IMG/VR virus record: IMGVR_UViG_2593339138_000002
Length of the DNA stretch: 8,672 nt
Reading direction: 5' to 3' (one strand)
DNA from: an uncultured virus (IMG/VR IMGVR_UViG_2593339138_000002)
Lineage: Duplodnaviria; Heunggongvirae; Uroviricota; Caudoviricetes
Numbering within the stretch: position 1 is the stretch's first letter; each line of letters begins with the position of its first letter. The notes beneath the pieces were generated by a model. It saw only the letters and a list, made by a program, of their open reading frames with translations. It made no database searches and was not told where the DNA came from. Shown piece by piece: positions 1-6,231 of this stretch. Both the position numbers and the translations under genes were made by a program.

Positions 1-1818
1 GTATTGCCGGGGAACCATATCCCCAGATACGACCTTGTGGACAGCAGCGGAAATATACTCATAGAAGTAACTTGGGAGAACTTCTTCGAAAGCGAAAATC
101 AGCGGAGATGGACCCGAAAAGAGTCCGTATTCACCATAGCGGAGGAGACCAGTGTCGGCGTATTCTCCAAGATGTTCCAGTACGACAGCTCCTACGCTGT
201 TGATAATATCACGCCCTATCTTGTATTCCGCTACATGATAGTGCCTGTGGACACACCGACATCGCAGTTCAGCGTCACCCTGCCAATATCGGGCAGCCCC
301 GTTATCTCGGGCGAGAGCTGCTGGGAGCCGCACAAGGTAACGCTTGCGCTGACTATCAGCTCAGTGGGTGCAGGCGCAACAGATATCGAGATAGACATCG
401 GACAGAAGCTGACAGCAGGTCAGACGATATCCCTTGCAAGCACTGGCAGAAGTATACCCACTTACTACGGCCGCAATACCATCACCTGTGACAGCGAAGT
501 GCAGCCTACAGTATACATCAAGTACACCGAGCAGGAGCTTGTGCCGATGTGGGCTGAGGAACGCCCTGCGCAGGTGAGCATATATGACATACACGAACCG
601 CAGAGCGGCTTTGACCACAACGGCATTGCTATCCTTATGCCGTCGGAAGTGACGTCAGAAAAAGAGGATAAAGGGCGCTGGGATATCACTCTCACGCACC
701 CGATAGACCCATTCGGGAAATGGACATACATAGTAGGGCAGAACATCGTCAAGGTTAACAGTCAGCTTTTCCGCATAGATGAGACTGAGATAGTCGCAGA
801 GGCAGACTCAGAGTATATCACAGCCCATGCATGGCATATCACCTACGATATGAGCGACTACTGGATAGAGGAGGCACAATTCACAGCCGTCGGCGGCGAG
901 AACTACATCACGCAGCTGAACGCTCACCGCGTCAAGGACTTTCCAAATCAGCAGCACATGGTCGGAGAGTATACGTTTGATATCACATCCGACCTCGAGG
1001 GACAGATGGAATGCGCTATCACCGATCAGAGCATCATCGAGTCGATTTTCGGCGCCGATAACTCGCTCGTCACTCTCTACGGTGGCGAGGTATATCGAGA
1101 CAATTTTCACATGAGCGTCAATCAGACACTTGAGGGAGCACCTGAAGGCAATGCGTTTACCTTGAGGTACGGCACCGACCTTACGAAGATATCCTTCAAG
1201 ATAGATATGTCGGGCTGGGTCACGAACCTGATCGGCGTCGACAATTACGGTAACATGGTAGGCGTATGGTACGATACATCGGGCGACTGGATCGTACATC
1301 ATCATAAGACAAGGCGTATCCATTTTACTTACTCAGACGAGGCAGCCGATGGCATCGAGCGTCTGTGGAAATCTGTATGGCCGTACTGGGATAACATGAG
1401 CACGCCGACGGTCTCCATTGTTGTGGAGGTCGCCAACATCAAGGGCGACCCGAAGTACAAAGATTTCCTGAACTTGCAGAACTACGACGTAGGCTACAAG
1501 GGAACGATCTATGTCGAACATCTCGGCATAGATGTCGAGATGAAGATAGTCTCTATCCGCAGGAATGAGCTGACGGGCGAGGCGATACAGATCACCCTCG
1601 GCAATACCAGACGCTCGCTGATACGGCAGACAGTCATGTCGCAGACCATAGTGTCCCCGAATTCTGTGGAGGGCAAGAACGTAGCCGCCATGCAGTCGAT
1701 GCAGGCGGAGCTGTACAATACTCAGACTGCACTCATGAGTATGAGCATTGCGGGCATGGAAGCGTTCGACATAGCAGAACTTGAGCGCCGAACGATAAAC
1801 GAACTGGAGGGAAAATAA
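1..1818 (+). CDS. Phage tail protein (prophage tail endopeptidase/Tal-like tail-spike family), probably 5'-truncated by the window edge
   Basis: Frame is open from base 1. The C-terminal two-thirds carry motifs typical of siphovirus tail proteins (IYDIHEP..FDHNGIAIL, WDITLTHPID, QLFRI, YGGEVYRDNF, LRYGTDL, VGYKGTIYVEHLGIDVEMKIV..ITLGN). Lies upstream of the lysis genes. Confidence 0.8.
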   Translation, partial: VLPGNHIPRYDLVDSSGNILIEVTWENFFESENQRRWTRKESVFTIAEETSVGVFSKMFQYDSSYAVDNITPYLVFRYMIVPVDTPTSQFSVTLPISGSPVISGESCWEPHKVTLALTISSVGAGATDIEIDIGQKLTAGQTISLASTGRSIPTYYGRNTITCDSEVQPTVYIKYTEQELVPMWAEERPAQVSIYDIHEPQSGFDHNGIAILMPSEVTSEKEDKGRWDITLTHPIDPFGKWTYIVGQNIVKVNSQLFRIDETEIVAEADSEYITAHAWHITYDMSDYWIEEAQFTAVGGENYITQLNAHRVKDFPNQQHMVGEYTFDITSDLEGQMECAITDQSIIESIFGADNSLVTLYGGEVYRDNFHMSVNQTLEGAPEGNAFTLRYGTDLTKISFKIDMSGWVTNLIGVDNYGNMVGVWYDTSGDWIVHHHKTRRIHFTYSDEAADGIERLWKSVWPYWDNMSTPTVSIVVEVANIKGDPKYKDFLNLQNYDVGYKGTIYVEHLGIDVEMKIVSIRRNELTGEAIQITLGNTRRSLIRQTVMSQTIVSPNSVEGKNVAAMQSMQAELYNTQTALMSMSIAGMEAFDIAELERRTINELEGK

Positions 1819-2594
1819 TGAGTACTACATATACGTCGAACTATAACCTCGGCAAGCAGGAAGATCACGCCGACAAGTTCGACATGAGTGTGATCACCGA
1901 GAATATGGACAAGCTCGACACCGCACTGCATGAGCAGGCGGAGAATATCTCGGAAGTGCAGAACGCTCAGAGTGATCTCGATACCGCCGAAGCCGCTGAC
2001 CGTGCCGCACTTGCTGAGCTTATCGACGGCGGAGCGAAAAACCGCCTGCCGATAACATCTGTTGATAGTCTCAAGCAGTTGAATACCTATGGTACATGGG
2101 AGAACAATGTCTACACTCACTCAAGCGGAGTCGTATTCACAGTCAACGATGATATGTCAATCACAGCAAACGGCACAGCTTCGGGAGCAAATGCAGTTTT
2201 CATTCTTTCAATGCCGGGAGGCTTTTCGATTGAGGCAGGCAACTGGATCCTCTCGGGCTGCCCGTCAGGCGGCTCGGCAAGCACATACAACATCGCTATC
2301 GCGGGTACGACGTCCGACACAGGTACGACGGGAAGCTTTACCTCGTGTAGCAAGGTGCTCGTGAGGATCTACGTCATAAATGGCACAAGTATATCAAATG
2401 CGGTATTCCGTCCCATGGTCTGCTCGAAAGCAGCATGGGATATATCACAGGCTTATCAGCCATACCGTCCGAGCTATGCCGAGCTCTACGCGATGGTGCA
2501 GGCGCTTCAGGGCGGCGGCAACAGCCTCAGCTCTGTGCAGTCAACTGCACAGCTTACAAGTACAGATGCAGGTGATAACAATGCAGATAGTTAA
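1818..2594 (+). CDS. Phage tail fibre/baseplate (receptor-binding-like) protein
   Basis: RBS GGAGG at ~1806 and TAATG stop/start overlap with the upstream gene. The N-terminus TSNYNLGKQ..D.FD...NMDKLD resembles tail-fibre attachment segments. It is followed by a beta-rich GAKNRL..GVVFTVNDDMSITANGTA..YQPY domain of the kind seen in clostridial phage tail proteins. Confidence 0.65.
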   Translation: MSTTYTSNYNLGKQEDHADKFDMSVITENMDKLDTALHEQAENISEVQNAQSDLDTAEAADRAALAELIDGGAKNRLPITSVDSLKQLNTYGTWENNVYTHSSGVVFTVNDDMSITANGTASGANAVFILSMPGGFSIEAGNWILSGCPSGGSASTYNIAIAGTTSDTGTTGSFTSCSKVLVRIYVINGTSISNAVFRPMVCSKAAWDISQAYQPYRPSYAELYAMVQALQGGGNSLSSVQSTAQLTSTDAGDNNADS

Positions 2595-2607
2595 GGAGGG
2601 AAATGTA

Positions 2608-3009
2608 ATGCAGTATATAATCATGATAACAGTAGTACTCGGTCTCGCAATAGCGGACTTCATCACAGGTATAATCAAGGCATACATCACACGGAAGCTC
2701 AGCAGCAGCAAGATGCGGAAAGGAGGCTTGAACAAGATAGCTGAGATCATCATAATGACCGCCACCTGCTGGCTCGAGATAGGCATCAAGGCCCTCGGGC
2801 GATACTACGGGGATAAACCCGAGAAGCTGACGCAGATAGCCGGCACGATTGCGGCAATCGCGGTATTCGGGTATATAGCTCTCATGGAGATGCTCTCGAT
2901 GCTTGAGAACTACTGCGTGATAAACCCCAATGCACTATGGGCGAAGAAAATTGTAAAAAGGCTAAAAGTATTTGAAGACGAGGAGGAAAAAGATGAAAAA
3001 CGGAATTGA
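2608..3009 (+). CDS. Phage holin (Phage_holin_4/TcdE-like family), 133 aa
   Basis: RBS AAGGAGG at 2593-2599 favours ATG 2608 over the 2380 start in the ORF track. Has hydrophobic segments, the motifs DFITGIIKA..LSSSKMRKG..K and EMLSMLEN, and a charged C-terminus. Overlaps the endolysin start. Confidence 0.88.
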   Translation: MQYIIMITVVLGLAIADFITGIIKAYITRKLSSSKMRKGGLNKIAEIIIMTATCWLEIGIKALGRYYGDKPEKLTQIAGTIAAIAVFGYIALMEMLSMLENYCVINPNALWAKKIVKRLKVFEDEEEKDEKRN

Positions 3010-3733
3010 CGTCAGCAGACATCAGCTGACTATCGACTGGATCGCAGTCAAGAACAGCGGTATTGAGTTCGCGATTATCAAGGCAGGCGGCTCAGATGAT
3101 GGATTTTATGAAGATAGCACCTTCCAGCGGAACTATGCCGGCGCAAAGGGTGCCGGGCTCGCTGTCGGTGCATACTACATTGTCGGCAGCAAGTGCATAT
3201 CCCGCGAGGACGGTATCGCGGACGCGAAGCGCTTCCTGAGGATCATCGAGGGCAAGCAGTTCGAGTTCCCCGTGTACATCGATCTGGAAAAAACAGCTCC
3301 TGAGCATAAGACAGGCGCAACAGATGCTTGTATCGGCTTTTGTCAGACTATGGAGCAGGCAGGCTACTACTGCGGCATATATGCCTCTGATGTGTACGGC
3401 TTCGCGGAAAGACTCGACATCTCACGCTTGGCAGCATTTGACAAGTGGGTGGCAAGATACGGCAGCAAGCCGCAGTACGTCAAGACTTACGGCGTATGGC
3501 AAAAATCTGACGTGGGCAGAGTATCGGGTATCACCGAGAAAGTCGATCTTGACGAGTCGTACATGGACTACCCATCAATCATCAAGGGCAAGGGCCTCAA
3601 CGGCTTTTCCAAGCCCGAGCCTGTGCAGCAGTCCGAGCCTGTCAAGGCACACACCGTCCATCATCTCAAGGTGATCATCGACGGAGTGCCTATCATAGAC
3701 GATCACGAGTTCAGCGGTCTGCTGGGCGATTGA
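2993..3733 (+). CDS. Endolysin, glycoside hydrolase family 25 muramidase, 246 aa
   Basis: RBS AGGAGG at 2981-2986 before ATG 2993. GH25 motifs GIDVSRHQ, FAIIKAG, VGAYY, YIDLE (DxE), WVARY, WQ and VDLD are present. Directly follows the holin. Confidence 0.93.
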   Translation: MKNGIDVSRHQLTIDWIAVKNSGIEFAIIKAGGSDDGFYEDSTFQRNYAGAKGAGLAVGAYYIVGSKCISREDGIADAKRFLRIIEGKQFEFPVYIDLEKTAPEHKTGATDACIGFCQTMEQAGYYCGIYASDVYGFAERLDISRLAAFDKWVARYGSKPQYVKTYGVWQKSDVGRVSGITEKVDLDESYMDYPSIIKGKGLNGFSKPEPVQQSEPVKAHTVHHLKVIIDGVPIIDDHEFSGLLGD

Positions 3734-3734
3734 G

Positions 3735-3760
3735 AAAGAGCTCCCTTCGGGGAGCTCTTT
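3735..3760 (+). terminator. Rho-independent terminator ending the lysis operon
   Basis: Perfect stem AAAGAGCTCCC-TTCG-GGGAGCTCTTT with a cUUCGg loop, immediately after the endolysin stop. Confidence 0.9.
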
Positions 3761-3785
3761 AATTTTACACAAAACAAAGTTCAGT

Positions 3786-3823
3786 TATTTGTGCAAGTAT
3801 ACAAATATCACTCAATGAGTATT
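3786..3823 (+). repeat. 38-bp exact direct repeat, copy 1 (core of a ~115-bp duplicated promoter module, ~3768-3885)
   Basis: TATTTGTGCAAGTATACAAATATCACTCAATGAGTATT is identical to 5000-5037. Confidence 0.95.
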
Positions 3824-3840
3824 ATTATTTTAAAAACCTA

Positions 3841-3869
3841 TTGACATAGCACTCAATGAGTGCTATAAT
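3841..3869 (+). promoter_or_regulatory. Consensus sigma-A promoter with palindromic operator in the spacer (cassette 1)
   Basis: TTGACA (3841-3846), 17 nt, then TATAAT (3864-3869) with extended TG. Perfect inverted repeat ATAGCACTCA-A-TGAGTGCTAT at 3846-3866. Confidence 0.9.
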
Positions 3870-3930
3870 ATAATCGAGGAAAGGGGGATAGAACCCCGAA
3901 AGATGAACGCCGAAAGGCAAGGAGGGCACT

Positions 3931-4137
3931 ATGACTATTAAGGTAAATGGAATTGAAATCGGTACAATCACAACTAACCGCTCACTCACAATTGAAGAAG
4001 CAATGTACTCACTCGGATATGACATCAACGATCAGGACGATTGCAGAAAAGGCTACGAAAAAGAAGTTGAGGGCTTTTACCTCGACGATTGCGGAAACTA
4101 TTGCTTTGATTACGAAGCAGCAGAAATGGAGTATTAA
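3931..4137 (+). CDS. Small acidic hypothetical protein, 68 aa
   Basis: Strong RBS AAGGAGG at 3919-3925; first gene after the cassette 1 promoter. No family recognised. Confidence 0.75.
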   Translation: MTIKVNGIEIGTITTNRSLTIEEAMYSLGYDINDQDDCRKGYEKEVEGFYLDDCGNYCFDYEAAEMEY

Positions 4138-4139
4138 TC

Positions 4140-4499
4140 ATGAACTACGATTACTACAAAACGCTGATAGGCGAATACATCAACCTCGGGCGCTCGAAAG
4201 AGCGCCTGCTGGGCGAAATAGGATTTCCCGAGGAGCTGAAGCTTACAGTCGATGGGCTGACAAAAGCTGTAGACATAATAGCCGCAGCAGCCGAAAACAG
4301 TATGAAAGAACTCGTGGAACTCTCAGGTCTGAGTATGAGAGCCTTTGCGGGAAAGTACATGATCCCGTATAGGTCCATGCAGAACTGGTGTGCCGAAGGT
4401 AAAGAGGCTCGCACTCCTCCCGATTACCTTGCACTGCTTATCGGCTACGAGCTTATCACTGAGCTCAAGGTGGAGGGCTCAGACGATGTCGATATATGA
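4140..4499 (+). CDS. XRE/Cro-like helix-turn-helix protein, 119 aa
   Basis: C-terminal segment MKELVELSGLSMRAFAGKYMIPYRSMQNW...RTPPDYL matches the HTH_3-type pattern. GGAG lies upstream of the ATG. Confidence 0.8.
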   Translation: MNYDYYKTLIGEYINLGRSKERLLGEIGFPEELKLTVDGLTKAVDIIAAAAENSMKELVELSGLSMRAFAGKYMIPYRSMQNWCAEGKEARTPPDYLALLIGYELITELKVEGSDDVDI

Positions 4500-4944
4500 T
4501 AGGATATGCCGTACTTGTGGAGTGAGCTTTAAAGGCGGTCCTCGGGCATGGTATTGTCCCGACTGCCGCAAAGAGCGTCAGCGCGAACGATCTGCCAAGT
4601 ATCGCAAGAGCACTCCGAAAAGAAGCCTCGGAAGTAAAGACATCTGCCAGAACTGCGGCGAAGAGTACACTGTTGAGGGTGGATTGCAGAAATACTGTCC
4701 GAAATGTCAGGATATCATGCACAAAAAGCTTGACACTGAGCAATCCCTTGAATATTACCGCAAAAACAAAGAGATTATAAATCCTGCGCGTAATGCCAAA
4801 AGGCGAGTGCCAGACGCCCGCTGCGTTATATGCGGCAAAGATTTTAAACGCTCGGGCAGAGCTAAAGCCTGCCCCGAATGCCGCAAAGAATATAAAAACG
4901 GCAACTGGAGAAGCATATACGGAAAGAGGTATACAAAGAAATAA
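4486..4944 (+). CDS. Basic protein with three C4 zinc-ribbon repeats, 152 aa
   Basis: RBS GGAGG at 4472-4476 supports ATG 4486. Repeats are CRTC..CPDC, CQNC..CPKC and CVIC..CPEC, each followed by a K/R-containing stretch. Confidence 0.8.
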   Translation: MSIYDRICRTCGVSFKGGPRAWYCPDCRKERQRERSAKYRKSTPKRSLGSKDICQNCGEEYTVEGGLQKYCPKCQDIMHKKLDTEQSLEYYRKNKEIINPARNAKRRVPDARCVICGKDFKRSGRAKACPECRKEYKNGNWRSIYGKRYTKK

Positions 4945-4980
4945 TAAAAGGAGTTTCCCTTTGGAAGCTCCTTTTATTAT
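4941..4980. terminator. Probably bidirectional rho-independent terminator between cassettes 1 and 2
   Basis: ATAATAAAAGGAGTTTCC-CTTT-GGAAGCTCCTTTTATTAT forms an 18-bp stem with one G-U pair and has A and T tracts on either side. Confidence 0.88.
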
Positions 4981-4999
4981 GTACAAAACAGAGTACAAA

Positions 5000-5037
5000 T
5001 ATTTGTGCAAGTATACAAATATCACTCAATGAGTATT
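5000..5037 (+). repeat. 38-bp exact direct repeat, copy 2
   Basis: Identical to 3786-3823. The flanks (ACAAAACA upstream; TATTGACA..TATAATATAATC.AGGAAAGGG downstream) are also similar. Confidence 0.95.
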
Positions 5038-5053
5038 TTTTTCTTAAAAGTTA

Positions 5054-5082
5054 TTGACAAATCACGCAATGCGTGATATAAT
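5054..5082 (+). promoter_or_regulatory. Consensus sigma-A promoter with variant palindromic operator (cassette 2)
   Basis: TTGACA (5054-5059), 17 nt, then TATAAT (5077-5082) with extended TG. Inverted repeat ATCACGCA-A-TGCGTGAT at 5061-5077. Confidence 0.9.
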
Positions 5083-5144
5083 ATAATCAAGGAAAGGGAA
5101 ACAGCCTTCCTAATACGGTGGCAGATGCCAGAAAGGAGAAGAAA

Positions 5145-5270
5145 ATGAAAAAAATGACAAATGAACAGGCAAGAGAATTTAAAAGACTTGTCGAAGAAAA
5201 CATTAAACTAAAAATTAAAGTAAAGAAACTGAAAAAGAAATTAAAAAAGAAGTCCCAGCCAAAAGGCTGA
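5145..5270 (+). CDS. Small lysine-rich peptide, 41 aa (MKKMTNEQAREFKRLVEENIKLKIKVKKLKKKLKKKSQPKG), missing from the ORF track
   Basis: RBS AAAGGAG at 5132-5138, ATG at 5145, TGA at 5268-5270. First ORF after the cassette 2 promoter. Confidence 0.7.
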   Translation: MKKMTNEQAREFKRLVEENIKLKIKVKKLKKKLKKKSQPKG

Positions 5271-5275
5271 GACCT
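5243..5275 (-). terminator. Minus-strand intrinsic terminator
   Basis: On the minus strand it reads AGGTCTCAGCC-TTTT-GGCTGGGACTT-CTTTTTT. The 11-bp stem has two G-U pairs that would be A-C mismatches on the plus strand, and is followed by a U tract. Confidence 0.75.
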
Positions 5276-5328
5276 CAACTGAACAAAATCAAAGGTTGGG
5301 CGGTATCTGCCGCCGCCCTACCGATGAT
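5243..5328 (-). ncRNA. Predicted ~86-nt antisense small RNA with two hairpins
   Basis: Minus-strand promoter at 5335-5363, a 5' hairpin at 5288-5328, and a minus-strand-specific terminator at 5243-5275. Inferred from these signals only. Confidence 0.6.
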
Positions 5329-5334
5329 ATAATC

Positions 5335-5363
5335 ATATTAGCACAAAGGCAGAAAAAAGTCAA
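5335..5363 (-). promoter_or_regulatory. Antisense sigma-A-type promoter
   Basis: Minus strand TTGACT (5363-5358), 17 nt, then TAATAT (5340-5335) preceded by extended TG. Confidence 0.65.
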
Positions 5364-5401
5364 GTGGGTAATGCAGGTCGCCAGAAGGCAAGGAGGACTT
5401 T

Positions 5402-5680
5402 ATGAAAAAGGAAATAATGAACATCATCAAGAACGGAGGATGCTTCACAGTTAATGAAGCAATAAGCCTTGACAGAGAAGTCGGCGCAAGAATTGCGGGA
5501 GAAGAAGTCGATAAACTTACGGCAAGAATTAAGGTTGTCGGAATAAAAGGCTGGTATAACACCGAGATTATCTCAAGAGAGTATAACGGCATTATCGAAG
5601 AACTTAACGCAGCAATAGAGAAGGCATATGCTGAGGCAGCATCTAACCTCTGCAAGCAGATGAAAGCGGGGTACTGCTAA
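5402..5680 (+). CDS. Hypothetical protein, 92 aa
   Basis: RBS AAGGAGG at 5390-5396; TAATG coupling to the next gene. No family recognised. Confidence 0.75.
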   Translation: MKKEIMNIIKNGGCFTVNEAISLDREVGARIAGEEVDKLTARIKVVGIKGWYNTEIISREYNGIIEELNAAIEKAYAEAASNLCKQMKAGYC

Positions 5681-6153
5681 TGTTGATAGGGAGCAAAGGC
5701 TACCCGATAAGCTACGAGTGCTCAGAGCTTATCGAAGAGTTGAAAAAAGACATCAGAGAATGCGGCAAGGACAAGCTCCTTGCCGTATGGCTAAAGGAGT
5801 ACAAGGAGCACGGTATAGAATTTGCTGTCAACTACGACTTTGTAGTCGACGAAGCACCGATAGAGGCATCGGAGCTTGAAGCCGACGAAAGACTCGCAGT
5901 TATGACAGCGGAGAGCTTGCTGGACTTGCTTATAAAGCAGAACGACCCCGTACAAATATATGACCTGCATGAGCCCCACGTTCGGACGATCAAGGAACTC
6001 CGTACAGCTTGCGATATGACGCAGAAAGAGTTCTCGGAATACTTCGGCATTCCGAAACGCACCATTGAGGACTGGGAGGCGGGAAGAAGAAAGCCCTCTC
6101 AATGGGCTGTGGAATTGATCGAATACAAGCTCAAAAAAGAAGGCTTGATTTGA
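5680..6153 (+). CDS. Protein with C-terminal XRE/Cro-like HTH and an unknown acidic N-terminal domain, 157 aa
   Basis: C-terminus IKELRTACDMTQKEFSEYFGIPKRTIEDWEAGRRKPSQW is a typical HTH_3 pattern. Confidence 0.85.
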   Translation: MLIGSKGYPISYECSELIEELKKDIRECGKDKLLAVWLKEYKEHGIEFAVNYDFVVDEAPIEASELEADERLAVMTAESLLDLLIKQNDPVQIYDLHEPHVRTIKELRTACDMTQKEFSEYFGIPKRTIEDWEAGRRKPSQWAVELIEYKLKKEGLI

Positions 6154-6181
6154 AAATTCCGCACTTTTTGCACTTGACAAA

Positions 6182-6207
6182 AAAAGCCGCAGTTATATGC
6201 GGCTTTT
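6182..6207. terminator. Rho-independent terminator at the prophage end
   Basis: AAAAGCCGCA-GTTATA-TGCGGCTTTT. Confidence 0.8.
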
Positions 6208-6231
6208 CCTCGTGTATATCATTATTGTGCA

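Larger units (their letters stand above)
1..6231 (+). mobile_element. Right arm of a prophage; putative att junction at ~6222-6232
   Basis: Gene order tail, holin, lysin, accessory cassettes, ending abruptly against a 5'-truncated host gene. Confidence 0.8.

Noticed and set aside
1818..2594. Tail fibre considered as a DGR target or invertible shufflon
   Set aside because: No template/variable repeat pair with adenine-specific mismatches, no reverse transcriptase, no invertase and no inverted cassette was seen in the window.
361..3772. Many minus-strand and alternative-frame ORFs over the tail and lysis genes, including the 2380 and 2972 starts
   Set aside because: They overlap well-supported phage genes and lack RBS or family motifs. 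RBS positions favour starts at 2608 and 2993.
3786..5037. 38-bp direct repeat considered as a CRISPR repeat, IS end or prophage att core
   Set aside because: Only two copies, 1.2 kb apart, both embedded in promoter modules. No spacer array, cas gene, transposase or integrase is present.
4465..5655. Minus-strand ORFs of 186, 63 and 105 aa in the accessory region
   Set aside because: Antisense to plus-strand genes with strong RBSs. Their Phe/Leu-rich composition simply mirrors the A-rich sense strand.
5956..5976. Peptide IYDLHEP in the HTH protein resembles IYDIHEP in the tail protein (580-600)
   Set aside because: Only 7 residues, with differing codons and no flanking similarity. Compatible with chance in this much protein sequence.
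6174..6200. TTGACA at 6174-6179 as a phage-supplied promoter for the cotJC fragment
   Set aside because: No -10 at 16-18 nt spacing, it runs into a terminator hairpin, and ATG 6253 has no properly spaced RBS.
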